58,575 nucleotides of DNA from NCBI GenBank assembly GCA_037969075.1, contig JBBKWS010000123.1:1-58575 (forward strand). The letters are read 5' to 3'. The notes beneath the pieces were generated by a model. That model saw nothing but the letters and a program-made list of their open reading frames with translations, was not told where the DNA came from and ran no database searches. Source of the stretch: Bdellovibrionales bacterium (GTDB lineage: Bacteria; Bdellovibrionota; Bdellovibrionia; Bdellovibrionales; UBA840). Within the stretch, counting starts at the first letter, position 1. Each line of letters begins with the position of its first letter. The position numbers were made by a program, and so were the translations under genes. This document shows positions 36,334 to 45,549 of this stretch, piece after piece.

Positions 36334-39260
36334 ACTCAAAACTGGTGCAAGCTGGTGCTGGAGCGGGTAAGACAACAGCACTTTCTGACCATGTGTTTAC
36401 GTCTATTAAGGACTACTTTAAGGCCAATAAAAAATACCCTCATTTTATTGTGTGTACCTTTACTGTTAAAGCAACGCAAGAGCTTAGAGAGAGATTGGTC
36501 AAAAAGGCCTATGATTCGGGCGATCAAAAGCTCTTAGATGTGATTAAAGATCCTTCGTTAGTTAATATTTCTACAATTCATGGACTATTAAATCATCTAC
36601 TTCGTAAATATGCTCTTGATTTTGGGTTACAGCCTGACTTTCAATTACAAGACGAGTTAACAGAAGAGCGATACCGACGTAAACTTACAAGAGCTATTTT
36701 TATCGATAATGATAGGCTTCAGAAAACTCTTGAAATATTTAGCTTCAAAGAGATCAATGAAATATTGTATAAACTTTTTTTAATAAAACTAAATAACCAC
36801 GAGCTTAAACCTATAGAATTAAATGATTTAAATTCATTATATAGTGAGTATCGCGATAACTTGATCTTAAGGATAAAAAAAATTATTACCCTTACAGTTG
36901 GAGTAGAGGCTCTCGCTGAATTTACAGCATACCTTTCTGCATTGACCTCTGATCTTTCATCCATAAAAAAAATTGATGATATTAAATTCCCTAGGTTTAG
37001 TAAAAAATTAAATCTAGATGAGTCAGCATGGAATGAAGTAAAATCCCTTAGAGAGTTCTTAAAAGAAAATTGTCATAAGTCATTTTTAGATCTTAAATTT
37101 TGGACTGATAACATTAATTTATTTAGCGCCTTAGAAGAAATTTTTGTAATATATTTTGATGCCATGATAAACCGTAAAATTTTGGATACCAAAATTTGCC
37201 TTTCTGAAATCGAAGGATTATCAAACTATTTATTATCAAAGAATAAAAGTGTCCCGCTTAAGGTGCAAGAACAAATCGATTATTGGTACATTGATGAATT
37301 TCAAGATACCAGCCCAGTACAGCTACATGTTTTAGAGAAATTAATTGGAAAGAATGAACGATACATTGTGGGTGACCCGCAGCAGAGTATCTATCTTTTT
37401 AGAGGGGCAGAGGTATCTCTTTTTGATAAAATGAGAGATGATTTCAAATCTAAAGATAAAGATCTCGAAATCAAAAATATTAATTATCGATCAGATTCTC
37501 CTCTATTAGCTGTAATTAATGATATTTTCACTCCGCTAGGTTTCTTAGAGATGAAACCTTTTATAGATAAACCTAAGGCTTGTGTAAGCGAGCTGCTCTT
37601 TCATAACGATGGTCAGTCATTTGAACAAATTTTTGGATTGATTAAAGACATCAAAGCTGGTGGATCTGCCTTGTCATCGATAGCCATCTTAGTAAAGACT
37701 AATGATGAGTTATCACAAGTTCAAAGATTTTTATTAAGTAAAAAGATTCCTGTTCTGGTTAGTGCAAGTGGAGGTCTCTTTGAGAATCGCATTGTAAAAG
37801 ATTTGCTGTATTTTCTACTTGCCCTGTCTAACCCCTATAATAATGAAGTTTTGCTAACTGCTTTGAGAAATCCAGTCTGGGGTCTCCGCGAGGAAGATAT
37901 ACATAATATTTTTGTAGACAAAAAAACAGATAGTGTTTGGACAGACATCGAAGATCATATTGAACAGAGTCCCAATATATCGCTATTTCTTGATTACTAT
38001 AAAAAAATACAAACCGAGTCGTTTTCACAAGTTTTACAAAATTTCATTATTACATTTAATATTTTAGATCTGTCTTTCGGGTTAGATGGTAGTGGATTGA
38101 CATATGCTAATGTTTTAAAGTTTCAGCAAATTTTAAAGGAGCAAGAAAAAAATGTAAGTTTTCATATTATTAGATTTGCAAAGTACTGCCTAGGTTTTTA
38201 CAGTCCCTATGATGAAGTTGAAGCAGTGTCTCCGGTCATTGATGATCATGTGCAGTTAATGACTGTACATAAATCTAAAGGCTTACAGTTTGATCATGTA
38301 ATCTTGCCATTTATGCATAAAAGTTTCAAAGGTAGTCAATTTAAGTCAATTGTATTTGATGATTCGTTCTCTCGCTGGTCATTAGCGCTTCCTTACGGAG
38401 ACGAGAATACCAAGCAGCACAATATATTTGGGATTAGCAGTTGTCAGCGTGATGAAGAAAAGAAGCTTGAAGAATATGTTAGACTTTTTTATGTGGCAGT
38501 CACAAGAGCTATTAAAAAAGTATATTTCGTCGGAGAAGAAAAACTTGGCAAGAACTCTTGGTTCTCTTATCTTCCTACGGACTTTGTCGAGGCTACAGAA
38601 CACAGCACTGCTAATTATATTAGTAAGCATAGCTACTATGAGACTGAAGGTGTATTTGAAGCTAAAGGTGATAACCGAAAGACAATTAATAAGGCATCAG
38701 ATATTTTAAAGCCAGGGCGCAGATTTTCAGTTAGCCAAATACTATCTAGTAATATTAGTAGTAACTTTAAGACAGATACTAAAACGTCTTTACTTGCTGA
38801 ACATATTGGTACAAAGACCCATTCGATATTAGAGCGGTATCGATTTCATAAAGATCTTAAATCTGAAGCGATAGACTATTTACTAGAGCAGACAAAGTTT
38901 CCATTTGCGCAGCTAATGAGTTCTGCGCATGTAGAATGGGGGTTTACTTATAAAGTCGGTAATTATTTAATGGAAGGAAAGGTTGATCTTTGGGGCATTG
39001 TTGATGGTGAGCTTTGGATTGTCGACTATAAAACAGGGTCTGATCTGTATAAAGATAAAGCTTTTTCACAATTGCAATACTACTCACTGCCAATTAGAAA
39101 GTTCACAGGTATTAATTCTGCAAAATTAGTAGTAACCTATCCCTTTGGTAAAAAGACATACATCATGGATGCTGGGGTTGAGGATGTATTGATAGGGCAA
39201 ATTAAGACCAATTTGGCAGATTGGCAGACTAAAAACGAGTCTCTAATCCAAAGCCTATAA
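36309..39260 (+). CDS. addA: AddA-type UvrD/Rep-family helicase-nuclease
   Basis: Walker A AGAGAGKTT, DEFQDTSP, VGDPQQSIYLFRGA, MTVHKSKGLQFD and YVAVTRA. The C-terminal nuclease has VDLWGIVDGELWIVDYKTG and QLQYYS. I moved the start to the ATG at 36309 (GGAG 6 nt upstream). Confidence 0.85.
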   Translation: MSSQPFKLNSKLVQAGAGAGKTTALSDHVFTSIKDYFKANKKYPHFIVCTFTVKATQELRERLVKKAYDSGDQKLLDVIKDPSLVNISTIHGLLNHLLRKYALDFGLQPDFQLQDELTEERYRRKLTRAIFIDNDRLQKTLEIFSFKEINEILYKLFLIKLNNHELKPIELNDLNSLYSEYRDNLILRIKKIITLTVGVEALAEFTAYLSALTSDLSSIKKIDDIKFPRFSKKLNLDESAWNEVKSLREFLKENCHKSFLDLKFWTDNINLFSALEEIFVIYFDAMINRKILDTKICLSEIEGLSNYLLSKNKSVPLKVQEQIDYWYIDEFQDTSPVQLHVLEKLIGKNERYIVGDPQQSIYLFRGAEVSLFDKMRDDFKSKDKDLEIKNINYRSDSPLLAVINDIFTPLGFLEMKPFIDKPKACVSELLFHNDGQSFEQIFGLIKDIKAGGSALSSIAILVKTNDELSQVQRFLLSKKIPVLVSASGGLFENRIVKDLLYFLLALSNPYNNEVLLTALRNPVWGLREEDIHNIFVDKKTDSVWTDIEDHIEQSPNISLFLDYYKKIQTESFSQVLQNFIITFNILDLSFGLDGSGLTYANVLKFQQILKEQEKNVSFHIIRFAKYCLGFYSPYDEVEAVSPVIDDHVQLMTVHKSKGLQFDHVILPFMHKSFKGSQFKSIVFDDSFSRWSLALPYGDENTKQHNIFGISSCQRDEEKKLEEYVRLFYVAVTRAIKKVYFVGEEKLGKNSWFSYLPTDFVEATEHSTANYISKHSYYETEGVFEAKGDNRKTINKASDILKPGRRFSVSQILSSNISSNFKTDTKTSLLAEHIGTKTHSILERYRFHKDLKSEAIDYLLEQTKFPFAQLMSSAHVEWGFTYKVGNYLMEGKVDLWGIVDGELWIVDYKTGSDLYKDKAFSQLQYYSLPIRKFTGINSAKLVVTYPFGKKTYIMDAGVEDVLIGQIKTNLADWQTKNESLIQSL

Positions 39261-39720
39261 ATAATATATTTCCAGGTTTATAATTAAATCTCATGTCTGT
39301 TCTAAATAGTAGGGACTGAGAAACGTGGATTAAAATAGCGCTACCTGCATGCAAGCCAAAAACTTTATCATCATCACCAGCATTTGATTTATAAGTAAAA
39401 TAATCTAAGCCAGCATATAATTGTGTTAAAAAAGCATCAGTTTCGACTTCTTTTTTTGCGCTAAAGTAGTAATCAAAGATCTCTACGCCCTCTGAGTTTG
39501 AGATTAGAAAGCCAATTTCATAAAAATCTGCCCATTCAGCTACTTTTGCTAGTCTAGCCCCCCAAGAAGATTGAATTTCTGTTACACCATCAATATTATT
39601 AGGTAGTAGAGGGCCGGCATAAACCGACAAAGCCATAGCACCGCCACCGGAAGTAGGTGTTTGTTCTTGTGCCAAAGCTAGGTTATAAGTAAAGCTTAGT
39701 AGTAAAAATAAAAGCCTCAT
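39229..39720 (-). CDS. Small (163 aa) outer-membrane beta-barrel protein
   Basis: I moved the start to the ATG at 39720, giving the signal peptide MRLLFLLLSFTYNLALA/QEQ. It shows beta-strand periodicity and the C-terminal GFGLETRF beta-signal. Confidence 0.55.
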   Translation of the reverse strand: MRLLFLLLSFTYNLALAQEQTPTSGGGAMALSVYAGPLLPNNIDGVTEIQSSWGARLAKVAEWADFYEIGFLISNSEGVEIFDYYFSAKKEVETDAFLTQLYAGLDYFTYKSNAGDDDKVFGLHAGSAILIHVSQSLLFRTDMRFNYKPGNILFIGFGLETRF

Positions 39721-39768
39721 ACTATCAATGTATAGTATTTTAACTATCAGGCAAAGGATTTTGCAGTA

Positions 39769-40617
39769 ATGATTCAGCAAACAGAAGGTTATTTTAGTGG
39801 ATACGATAAAAAGCAGCTGTATTATCAGTCGTGGTCAAAAGGCGATCCACAAGCCATAGTAATAGTAACTCATGGTCTAGCAGAACATTCGGGAGCGTAT
39901 AAATTATTTAGCGAGACGTTGCTGAGTAAAATACCTTTAGATATTTATGCTTGGGACTTACGAGGGCACGGAAGGTCAGAAGGTAAAAGAGGGCTTGTAG
40001 AGAGCTTTCAAGAATATATCAAAGACTATCATACGTTTTACAAGCTAGTTAAGGCCGGAAATGATAAGCAACTGCCTATTGTTTTGCTGGGACACTCCAT
40101 GGGTGGGCTGGTAACAGTAAAGTTTTTATTAGATTACGAAGCTAATATTGAAGTTAAGGGGTTCGTGCTTAGTTCGCCCCTTATGGGCATATCTATGAAA
40201 GTCTCTCCGGTTAAAGATTACGCCGCGAAGATGATGGTTAGCCTGCTTCCAACAATTACAATGAGTAACGATATTAACTTCAGAGACCTGAGTCATGACC
40301 TAGAGATCATTAAGTCGTATGATGCAGACCCATTTAGACATAACCGCATAAGTCCAAAATTATATTTAGATTTCTTAGAAACATTTCCTAAGGTGTTTGA
40401 TGCAGCGAATAGAATTCAACTTCCCGCACTCATCCAATTTGCGGGTGATGATAAGTTGGTGGATAAGTTTTCTACCTTAAAATTTTTTGATGCCCTAGGT
40501 TCAATACAAAAAGAAAAAATTGAATATACAAATTTTTATCATGAAATATATAACGAATTAGAACGAGAGAGAGTGTATGAAGATTTATCAGTATTTATTA
40601 AAAAGCTTATTTCTTAG
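39769..40617 (+). CDS. Alpha/beta hydrolase, lysophospholipase / monoacylglycerol-lipase-like
   Basis: Contains HGLAEHSGAY, the nucleophile elbow GHSMGG, and a C-terminal His in FYHEIYNE. At 282 aa it is typical of the Hydrolase_4/PldB-like group. Confidence 0.7.
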   Translation: MIQQTEGYFSGYDKKQLYYQSWSKGDPQAIVIVTHGLAEHSGAYKLFSETLLSKIPLDIYAWDLRGHGRSEGKRGLVESFQEYIKDYHTFYKLVKAGNDKQLPIVLLGHSMGGLVTVKFLLDYEANIEVKGFVLSSPLMGISMKVSPVKDYAAKMMVSLLPTITMSNDINFRDLSHDLEIIKSYDADPFRHNRISPKLYLDFLETFPKVFDAANRIQLPALIQFAGDDKLVDKFSTLKFFDALGSIQKEKIEYTNFYHEIYNELERERVYEDLSVFIKKLIS

Positions 40618-41191
40618 TTTGTTTTTAGCATCGACTGTGTCGTGCGCTCACTTTGAAAAAGACAGCAAGCTAACTACAGAGCTAAAAGAATTAAGAGGAA
40701 AATATTATGCTCATCTAAATAATGTTTGTGTAAAAGATGAGGTCTATGATGGCCTACGAAATGCATTTTATTATGTGGTCTGTCCGCTCGATGCAGAAAC
40801 GCAAAGCTATCAGTTAGAATTAAATAGAATATATTTTTTATGGGATGATGCGCAGTATGCCGAAAAAAAAGCAGAGATGGAAAAGTCTAAAGCTACTGAA
40901 ACACAGTTATTCTTAAGTTTTTATACACCAGACAATAAACTGAATGATCTGGGGTCAAAAAACAGTAATTGGCGCGCCTTTATTGATTCGTCTGGAAAGA
41001 GATATTTATCTACTATTCAAAAGATGAAAAACCGTTATGAAGATTTAAGGGTGCTTTATCCTAACCATAGTCATTGGAGCACAGGGTATATACTTACGTT
41101 TTCAGTTCCTTCTACTAAAATCGATTTTACAAGTGCAGATTTCACTCTTACGGGTAGGGTTGGGTACAGTAAAAAATCTTTCGCTAAATAA
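40577..41191 (+). CDS. Hypothetical lipoprotein (204 aa)
   Basis: The leader LFLSLFLASTVSC has a lipobox. It overlaps the hydrolase gene by 41 nt. No family recognised. Confidence 0.5.
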   Translation: MKIYQYLLKSLFLSLFLASTVSCAHFEKDSKLTTELKELRGKYYAHLNNVCVKDEVYDGLRNAFYYVVCPLDAETQSYQLELNRIYFLWDDAQYAEKKAEMEKSKATETQLFLSFYTPDNKLNDLGSKNSNWRAFIDSSGKRYLSTIQKMKNRYEDLRVLYPNHSHWSTGYILTFSVPSTKIDFTSADFTLTGRVGYSKKSFAK

Positions 41192-41209
41192 ATAGATTAC
41201 GCAAAAAAA

Positions 41210-41593
41210 TTATTCAAGCTTACAGTAAAACTGATCGTTATGAACCTGATGAGCTAGAAGATAACAGGCTAAGTTGCCAGCTTGCTTTCTATATAAAACA
41301 TGGGTTAATCCAGATGATATGACTAAGGTTGCAACATTAAGTACGCTATAAAGGGATTGTGCTTCGTTCTCAGTTAAAGGGTCGTATTCACAATCAAATT
41401 GTTCGCCGGTCTGAATATCTATAGTTCTTTTGCAACTTAGGCCACCAACAAATTTGGTATATATGACTCGTGCGCTAGTATAGCTAAGTTGTTCTTCTGC
41501 CTGATCAATGGCTTCATAAAGACTTTCATGCTTTGCGTAGGCAAGAAGTGTGTTGGGACTTAATAATAATATAGAAAGTAGAATGTTTCTCAA
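41210..41593 (-). CDS. Small secreted hypothetical protein (127 aa, 4 Cys)
   Basis: Signal peptide MRNILLSILLLSPNTLLAYA. Lies downstream of nadB on the same strand. No motif recognised. Confidence 0.45.
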   Translation of the reverse strand: MRNILLSILLLSPNTLLAYAKHESLYEAIDQAEEQLSYTSARVIYTKFVGGLSCKRTIDIQTGEQFDCEYDPLTENEAQSLYSVLNVATLVISSGLTHVLYRKQAGNLACYLLAHQVHNDQFYCKLE

Positions 41594-41652
41594 TGCTTAC
41601 TCCGGTATTTATGTAATAAAGCTGCCCGCATTAATAGCACATTTCAGGCAGC

Positions 41653-43245
41653 TTATATAATACTATTTTGGATGACGGTGTTTTTTACAAATTTTTCAGA
41701 GGTTTCTGGATAATCAATATTAAAGTGTATGCCTCTAGATTCTTTGCGCTTTTGCGCGCATAAGACTGTTAGTTTGGCTAAGAGGGCAATGTTTCTTAGT
41801 TCTAAAATATCTTTTTGAACTTTAAAATCCCAATAGTAATCTTTAACTTCAGAATTGATATGTAATAATCTTTGTTGCGCTCTCTCAAGGCGTTTGTCTG
41901 ATCGAACGATACCCACGTAGTTCCACATCAAGTTTCTAATCTCGTCCCAGATATGATTGATCACGCTTAATTCGTCTCTATCCTGCTTGGTTGAATGAAT
42001 CCAATCAGGGATTATGACTTCAGATACTTTTTCTTGAGAAACAAAATTTGTGATGTAGTCGGCGGCTTTTCCGCCTTGAACCAGACATTCTAAGAGAGAG
42101 TTACTGGCAAGTCGATTGGCTCCATGTAAGCCAGTGCATGCGGTTTCCCCAATAGCTAGTAAGCCTTTGATATCAGTAACCCCTTGGATATCAGTGAGTA
42201 CTCCTCCGCATAAGTAGTGAGCGGCGGGTACAACTGGGATAGGTTCTTTACGAATATCAATGCCCAGTGAAAGACAGCGCTCAAAAATAACAGGAAAATG
42301 ACTTTGAATAAAATCAGGGGATTTGTGAGTGATGTCGAGGTAAACACATTTAGCCCCTGAGGTTTTCATTTCTTCATCAATCATCCGTGCAACAATATCC
42401 CTCGGTGCAAGCGGCCCAAGAGGGTGTTTGCCAGCAGTAAAATCCTTACCATCTTTATTAATTAATCTTCCGCCTTCACCGCGTATTGCTTCGGTGATTA
42501 AGAAGTTTCTGGTTTCTTTATGATATAAGCATGTGGGATGAAATTGCATGAACTCAAGATTTGAGACTCTACATCCTGCTCTAAATGCCATGGCAATACC
42601 ATCGCCGGTAGCTCCGTCCCAATTGCTAGTATATAAATAAACTTTACCAGCGCCCCCTGTTGCTAGGACCGTACTCTTAGCTCTTATGGCAACAACCTGG
42701 TCTGTTTTAGTATTTAGTACGTAAGCACCAAAGCATTGAATATTAGCTGATGGCTTTAATCGCAATTTTTTATTTGTGATTAGATCTACAGCGCAATGGT
42801 GATCTAAGAGAGTAATGTTATCTTGAGCTCTTACTTTTTCTAAAAGTACATTGTGAATAGCTTCTCCGCTATGATCTTGCACATGTAGCACTCTTCTTGC
42901 CGAGTGACCACCTTCTAAGCCTAGATGAGTTTTTCCGGTTTCATCCACATCAAAGGCTACACCAAAGTCTTGCAAATCTTGTATGCGGCTAGGGCCATCT
43001 TCAACCATCTCTTGCACGATTTCTCTATCCGAAAGTCCAGCTCCAGCAGTTAGAGTGTCCTCAATATGGGATGAAAAGCTATCGCTTGTGGCGGATACAC
43101 TGGCGATTCCACCTTGTGCCATTCTAGAGTTACAGTCCGTTAGGTCTGTCTTGGTGGCAATCCCTACTTTTAGGTGCTTGGGTAACTTTAGACTTAGATA
43201 AAAACTAGCCAGCCCAGAGCCAATGATTAGAATATCGAATTCCAT
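41653..43245 (-). CDS. nadB: L-aspartate oxidase
   Basis: FAD motif ILIIGSGLAS, RMAQGGIA, the His-Pro block FMQFHPT, GGxxT-type motifs and RLASNSLLE, typical of the NadB/fumarate reductase flavoprotein family. The 530-aa length fits NadB. Confidence 0.9.
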   Translation of the reverse strand: MEFDILIIGSGLASFYLSLKLPKHLKVGIATKTDLTDCNSRMAQGGIASVSATSDSFSSHIEDTLTAGAGLSDREIVQEMVEDGPSRIQDLQDFGVAFDVDETGKTHLGLEGGHSARRVLHVQDHSGEAIHNVLLEKVRAQDNITLLDHHCAVDLITNKKLRLKPSANIQCFGAYVLNTKTDQVVAIRAKSTVLATGGAGKVYLYTSNWDGATGDGIAMAFRAGCRVSNLEFMQFHPTCLYHKETRNFLITEAIRGEGGRLINKDGKDFTAGKHPLGPLAPRDIVARMIDEEMKTSGAKCVYLDITHKSPDFIQSHFPVIFERCLSLGIDIRKEPIPVVPAAHYLCGGVLTDIQGVTDIKGLLAIGETACTGLHGANRLASNSLLECLVQGGKAADYITNFVSQEKVSEVIIPDWIHSTKQDRDELSVINHIWDEIRNLMWNYVGIVRSDKRLERAQQRLLHINSEVKDYYWDFKVQKDILELRNIALLAKLTVLCAQKRKESRGIHFNIDYPETSEKFVKNTVIQNSII

Positions 43246-43396
43246 AAAATAATAAGTACGAGCTTGATGGCTAAAGTGGTATGAAAATTAATAACGCGTC
43301 AAGCCATGAGCTTTTTGAGAAAGGGCTACACTGAAAGTGAAAATTACGTAAAAATATAATGAGATCATGCACTTATGATCAGGATATGGAGCACGG

Positions 43397-45541
43397 ATGC
43401 GATTTCCATTATGGCTAAAACTTAGCTTAGTTTTAAGTTTAGTTTTTATTGCTGCCCTTTGGGCGGTGTTAACAAATACGAATAAAGTTTTCTATCAGGA
43501 TAAAAGAGATTTTCTGATTGAGATGTCGTCAAAGATCAACAGCTCGAATTCAAAAATAGTGCAAGAGCGTATACAGAATTTACAAAAAAAATTAGCTATT
43601 TTTACTTCGAATTACCAGTCATTAAGCTCACAACAAAAATCTCATCCAGATTTAGATAAGGTAATTTTTAATCAATACCCAGAGTTTTTAGCTATATCAC
43701 TCGTGGCAGATTCAGCGAGTCCTATTCAGTGGTTACGTAAACAACCTTCTACGGCTCTTGCCTCTTGGCCCGAGAGCGAGTGGGCAAGTATTTTTAGTGG
43801 CTATGCATCTAAACAAGTGCCTGCTGGAAATGTCGAGTTTGAGTTTTTCCAAAATTTACAAAAGCAACAATACATTGTAATTATTCTTCCAGTAGAATTG
43901 TCTGACACGAAACTATCTAATACAAAAATTATAGCACTGTTAGATGCTACAATATTTTCAGATTTCCTGTCTGAGTATAAGACCACATTAAATCTAGTTT
44001 ATATCACAGATCAAAAGGGTGTCGTATTTGCTCATCCATTTTTAAATGAAATCGGTAAATCCTATGCGGGCAATTCTTTAGTAAAAGATGTTGTTGGTAA
44101 CGCTCGTAAACAAGGAACGGGAGATAATTACTTAGATAGTAATCAACAAGAGATTGTTGCAAGTTTTGAAAAGGTACCTTTGACTAACTTTTTAATTTAT
44201 ACGACCACTCCAAAGGCTGAGGCGTTTAGAGCGGCTGATGAATTATGGAGATCGCTTCTTATCATAGCATTAGGCGTGATTTTGGTGGGTGTTGTAATTT
44301 CATTCTTATTTGCAAAATTTATTACCAATCCGTTGGATCGTCTTAAGCTGCTCGCTGAAAAAATAGGTAAGGGTGATTTTAAGGTAGATGTAAATGTAAG
44401 GTCAAAAGATGAGGTAGGAGATCTTGCGGAAAGTATTAGATCTATGGCAAAAAATCTGGTGGAACGTGATGAAGCATTAGATCACTCTAAAACAGCCTTA
44501 ATACAAAGTGAAAAAATGTCTGCATTTGGTCAGTTAAGCGCGGGGATTGCCCATGAAGTAAAAAATCCATTGGCTGGAATTTTAGGGCATGCGCAGTTAG
44601 CAAAAGGTAAAACTAAAGATGCTGAGATTTTAAAGCATGTGAATTTTATAGAAAAAGAAGCGAGACGAACTAAAGAGATTGTTGAAAGCTTAATGAAATT
44701 TGCAAGGGCTGAAAAGTTAGAGCTGGTGCCCACAAACTTATTTGATACAGTACACTCGGCTGCGGATCTTGTAGATCACCAGGTTTCGCTTCAAAATGTA
44801 AAAATTCATAAACATATTAATAAAGTCTCAGTAGTTGCTGGAAATACAAACCAAATTCAACAAGTGCTGTTAAATTTAATGATGAATGCCAGTCACGCAA
44901 TGGAAAACTCAGATAAAAAAGAGTTGCATGTATATCTAGATGACGTAGGTGATAATGTGCAAATCAGAATTCGCGACACGGGAACTGGTATGCCAAAAGA
45001 TGTTCAAGAAAGAATATTTGAACCATTCTTCACGACAAAACCATCAGGCAAGGGAACGGGTTTGGGTTTGTCTGTTTCGGTTGGTATTGTCAAAGATCAC
45101 AAGGGAAAAATTTATGTTGAATCAGAGATGGGTGAAGGCACTACTTTTTTTATAGATATCCCTAAAGATACAGAGGTAGCGCTGCCACCGTCAACCAGAG
45201 AGGTGGTTGAAGAAAAGGCTGAAGAGATTGTGGCAAGTATTGCTAAGGTGGCAAAAGAGGTCGATGAAGAAGAAATCTCGTTAGATAGAGAGGTTACAAA
45301 TCATGAAGAAATACCAATGCCACCAGCTCCTGAAGATGAAGACAATGAAGAAGACATTGTTATAGAAAACGTGAGTGAGAAGAAGTCCTATAGTATGGTT
45401 GGCGGCCGAGATTATCTGATGACCAAAGAAGAGGTTACAGAATCTAGAAAAAAAGTAAAAAATGTTAGGCGTGACCCCAAGTTAGATGAAAGTAGAGCAG
45501 ATGACTTTCAAGTTAAAATTAGAAAGCCTAAGGTAAAATAG
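43397..45541 (+). CDS. Sensor histidine kinase (TM - Cache-like periplasmic domain - TM - HAMP - HisKA - HATPase) with acidic/basic C-terminal tail
   Basis: H-box SAGIAHEVKNPL, N-box LLNLMMNASHAM, G1 RDTGTGM and G2 GKGTGLGLSV. HAMP is PLDRLKLLAEKIGKGDF...DEVGDLAESIRSM. Two TM segments flank a sensor region of about 260 aa. Confidence 0.9.
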   Translation: MRFPLWLKLSLVLSLVFIAALWAVLTNTNKVFYQDKRDFLIEMSSKINSSNSKIVQERIQNLQKKLAIFTSNYQSLSSQQKSHPDLDKVIFNQYPEFLAISLVADSASPIQWLRKQPSTALASWPESEWASIFSGYASKQVPAGNVEFEFFQNLQKQQYIVIILPVELSDTKLSNTKIIALLDATIFSDFLSEYKTTLNLVYITDQKGVVFAHPFLNEIGKSYAGNSLVKDVVGNARKQGTGDNYLDSNQQEIVASFEKVPLTNFLIYTTTPKAEAFRAADELWRSLLIIALGVILVGVVISFLFAKFITNPLDRLKLLAEKIGKGDFKVDVNVRSKDEVGDLAESIRSMAKNLVERDEALDHSKTALIQSEKMSAFGQLSAGIAHEVKNPLAGILGHAQLAKGKTKDAEILKHVNFIEKEARRTKEIVESLMKFARAEKLELVPTNLFDTVHSAADLVDHQVSLQNVKIHKHINKVSVVAGNTNQIQQVLLNLMMNASHAMENSDKKELHVYLDDVGDNVQIRIRDTGTGMPKDVQERIFEPFFTTKPSGKGTGLGLSVSVGIVKDHKGKIYVESEMGEGTTFFIDIPKDTEVALPPSTREVVEEKAEEIVASIAKVAKEVDEEEISLDREVTNHEEIPMPPAPEDEDNEEDIVIENVSEKKSYSMVGGRDYLMTKEEVTESRKKVKNVRRDPKLDESRADDFQVKIRKPKVK

Positions 45542-45549
45542 GAGACGCA

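Noticed and set aside
41619-41654. 8-bp inverted repeat (AAGCTGCC / GGCAGCTT) overlapping the nadB stop codon
   Set aside because: It has a 20-nt loop and no U-tract, so it is at best a weak terminator. Not reported as a feature.
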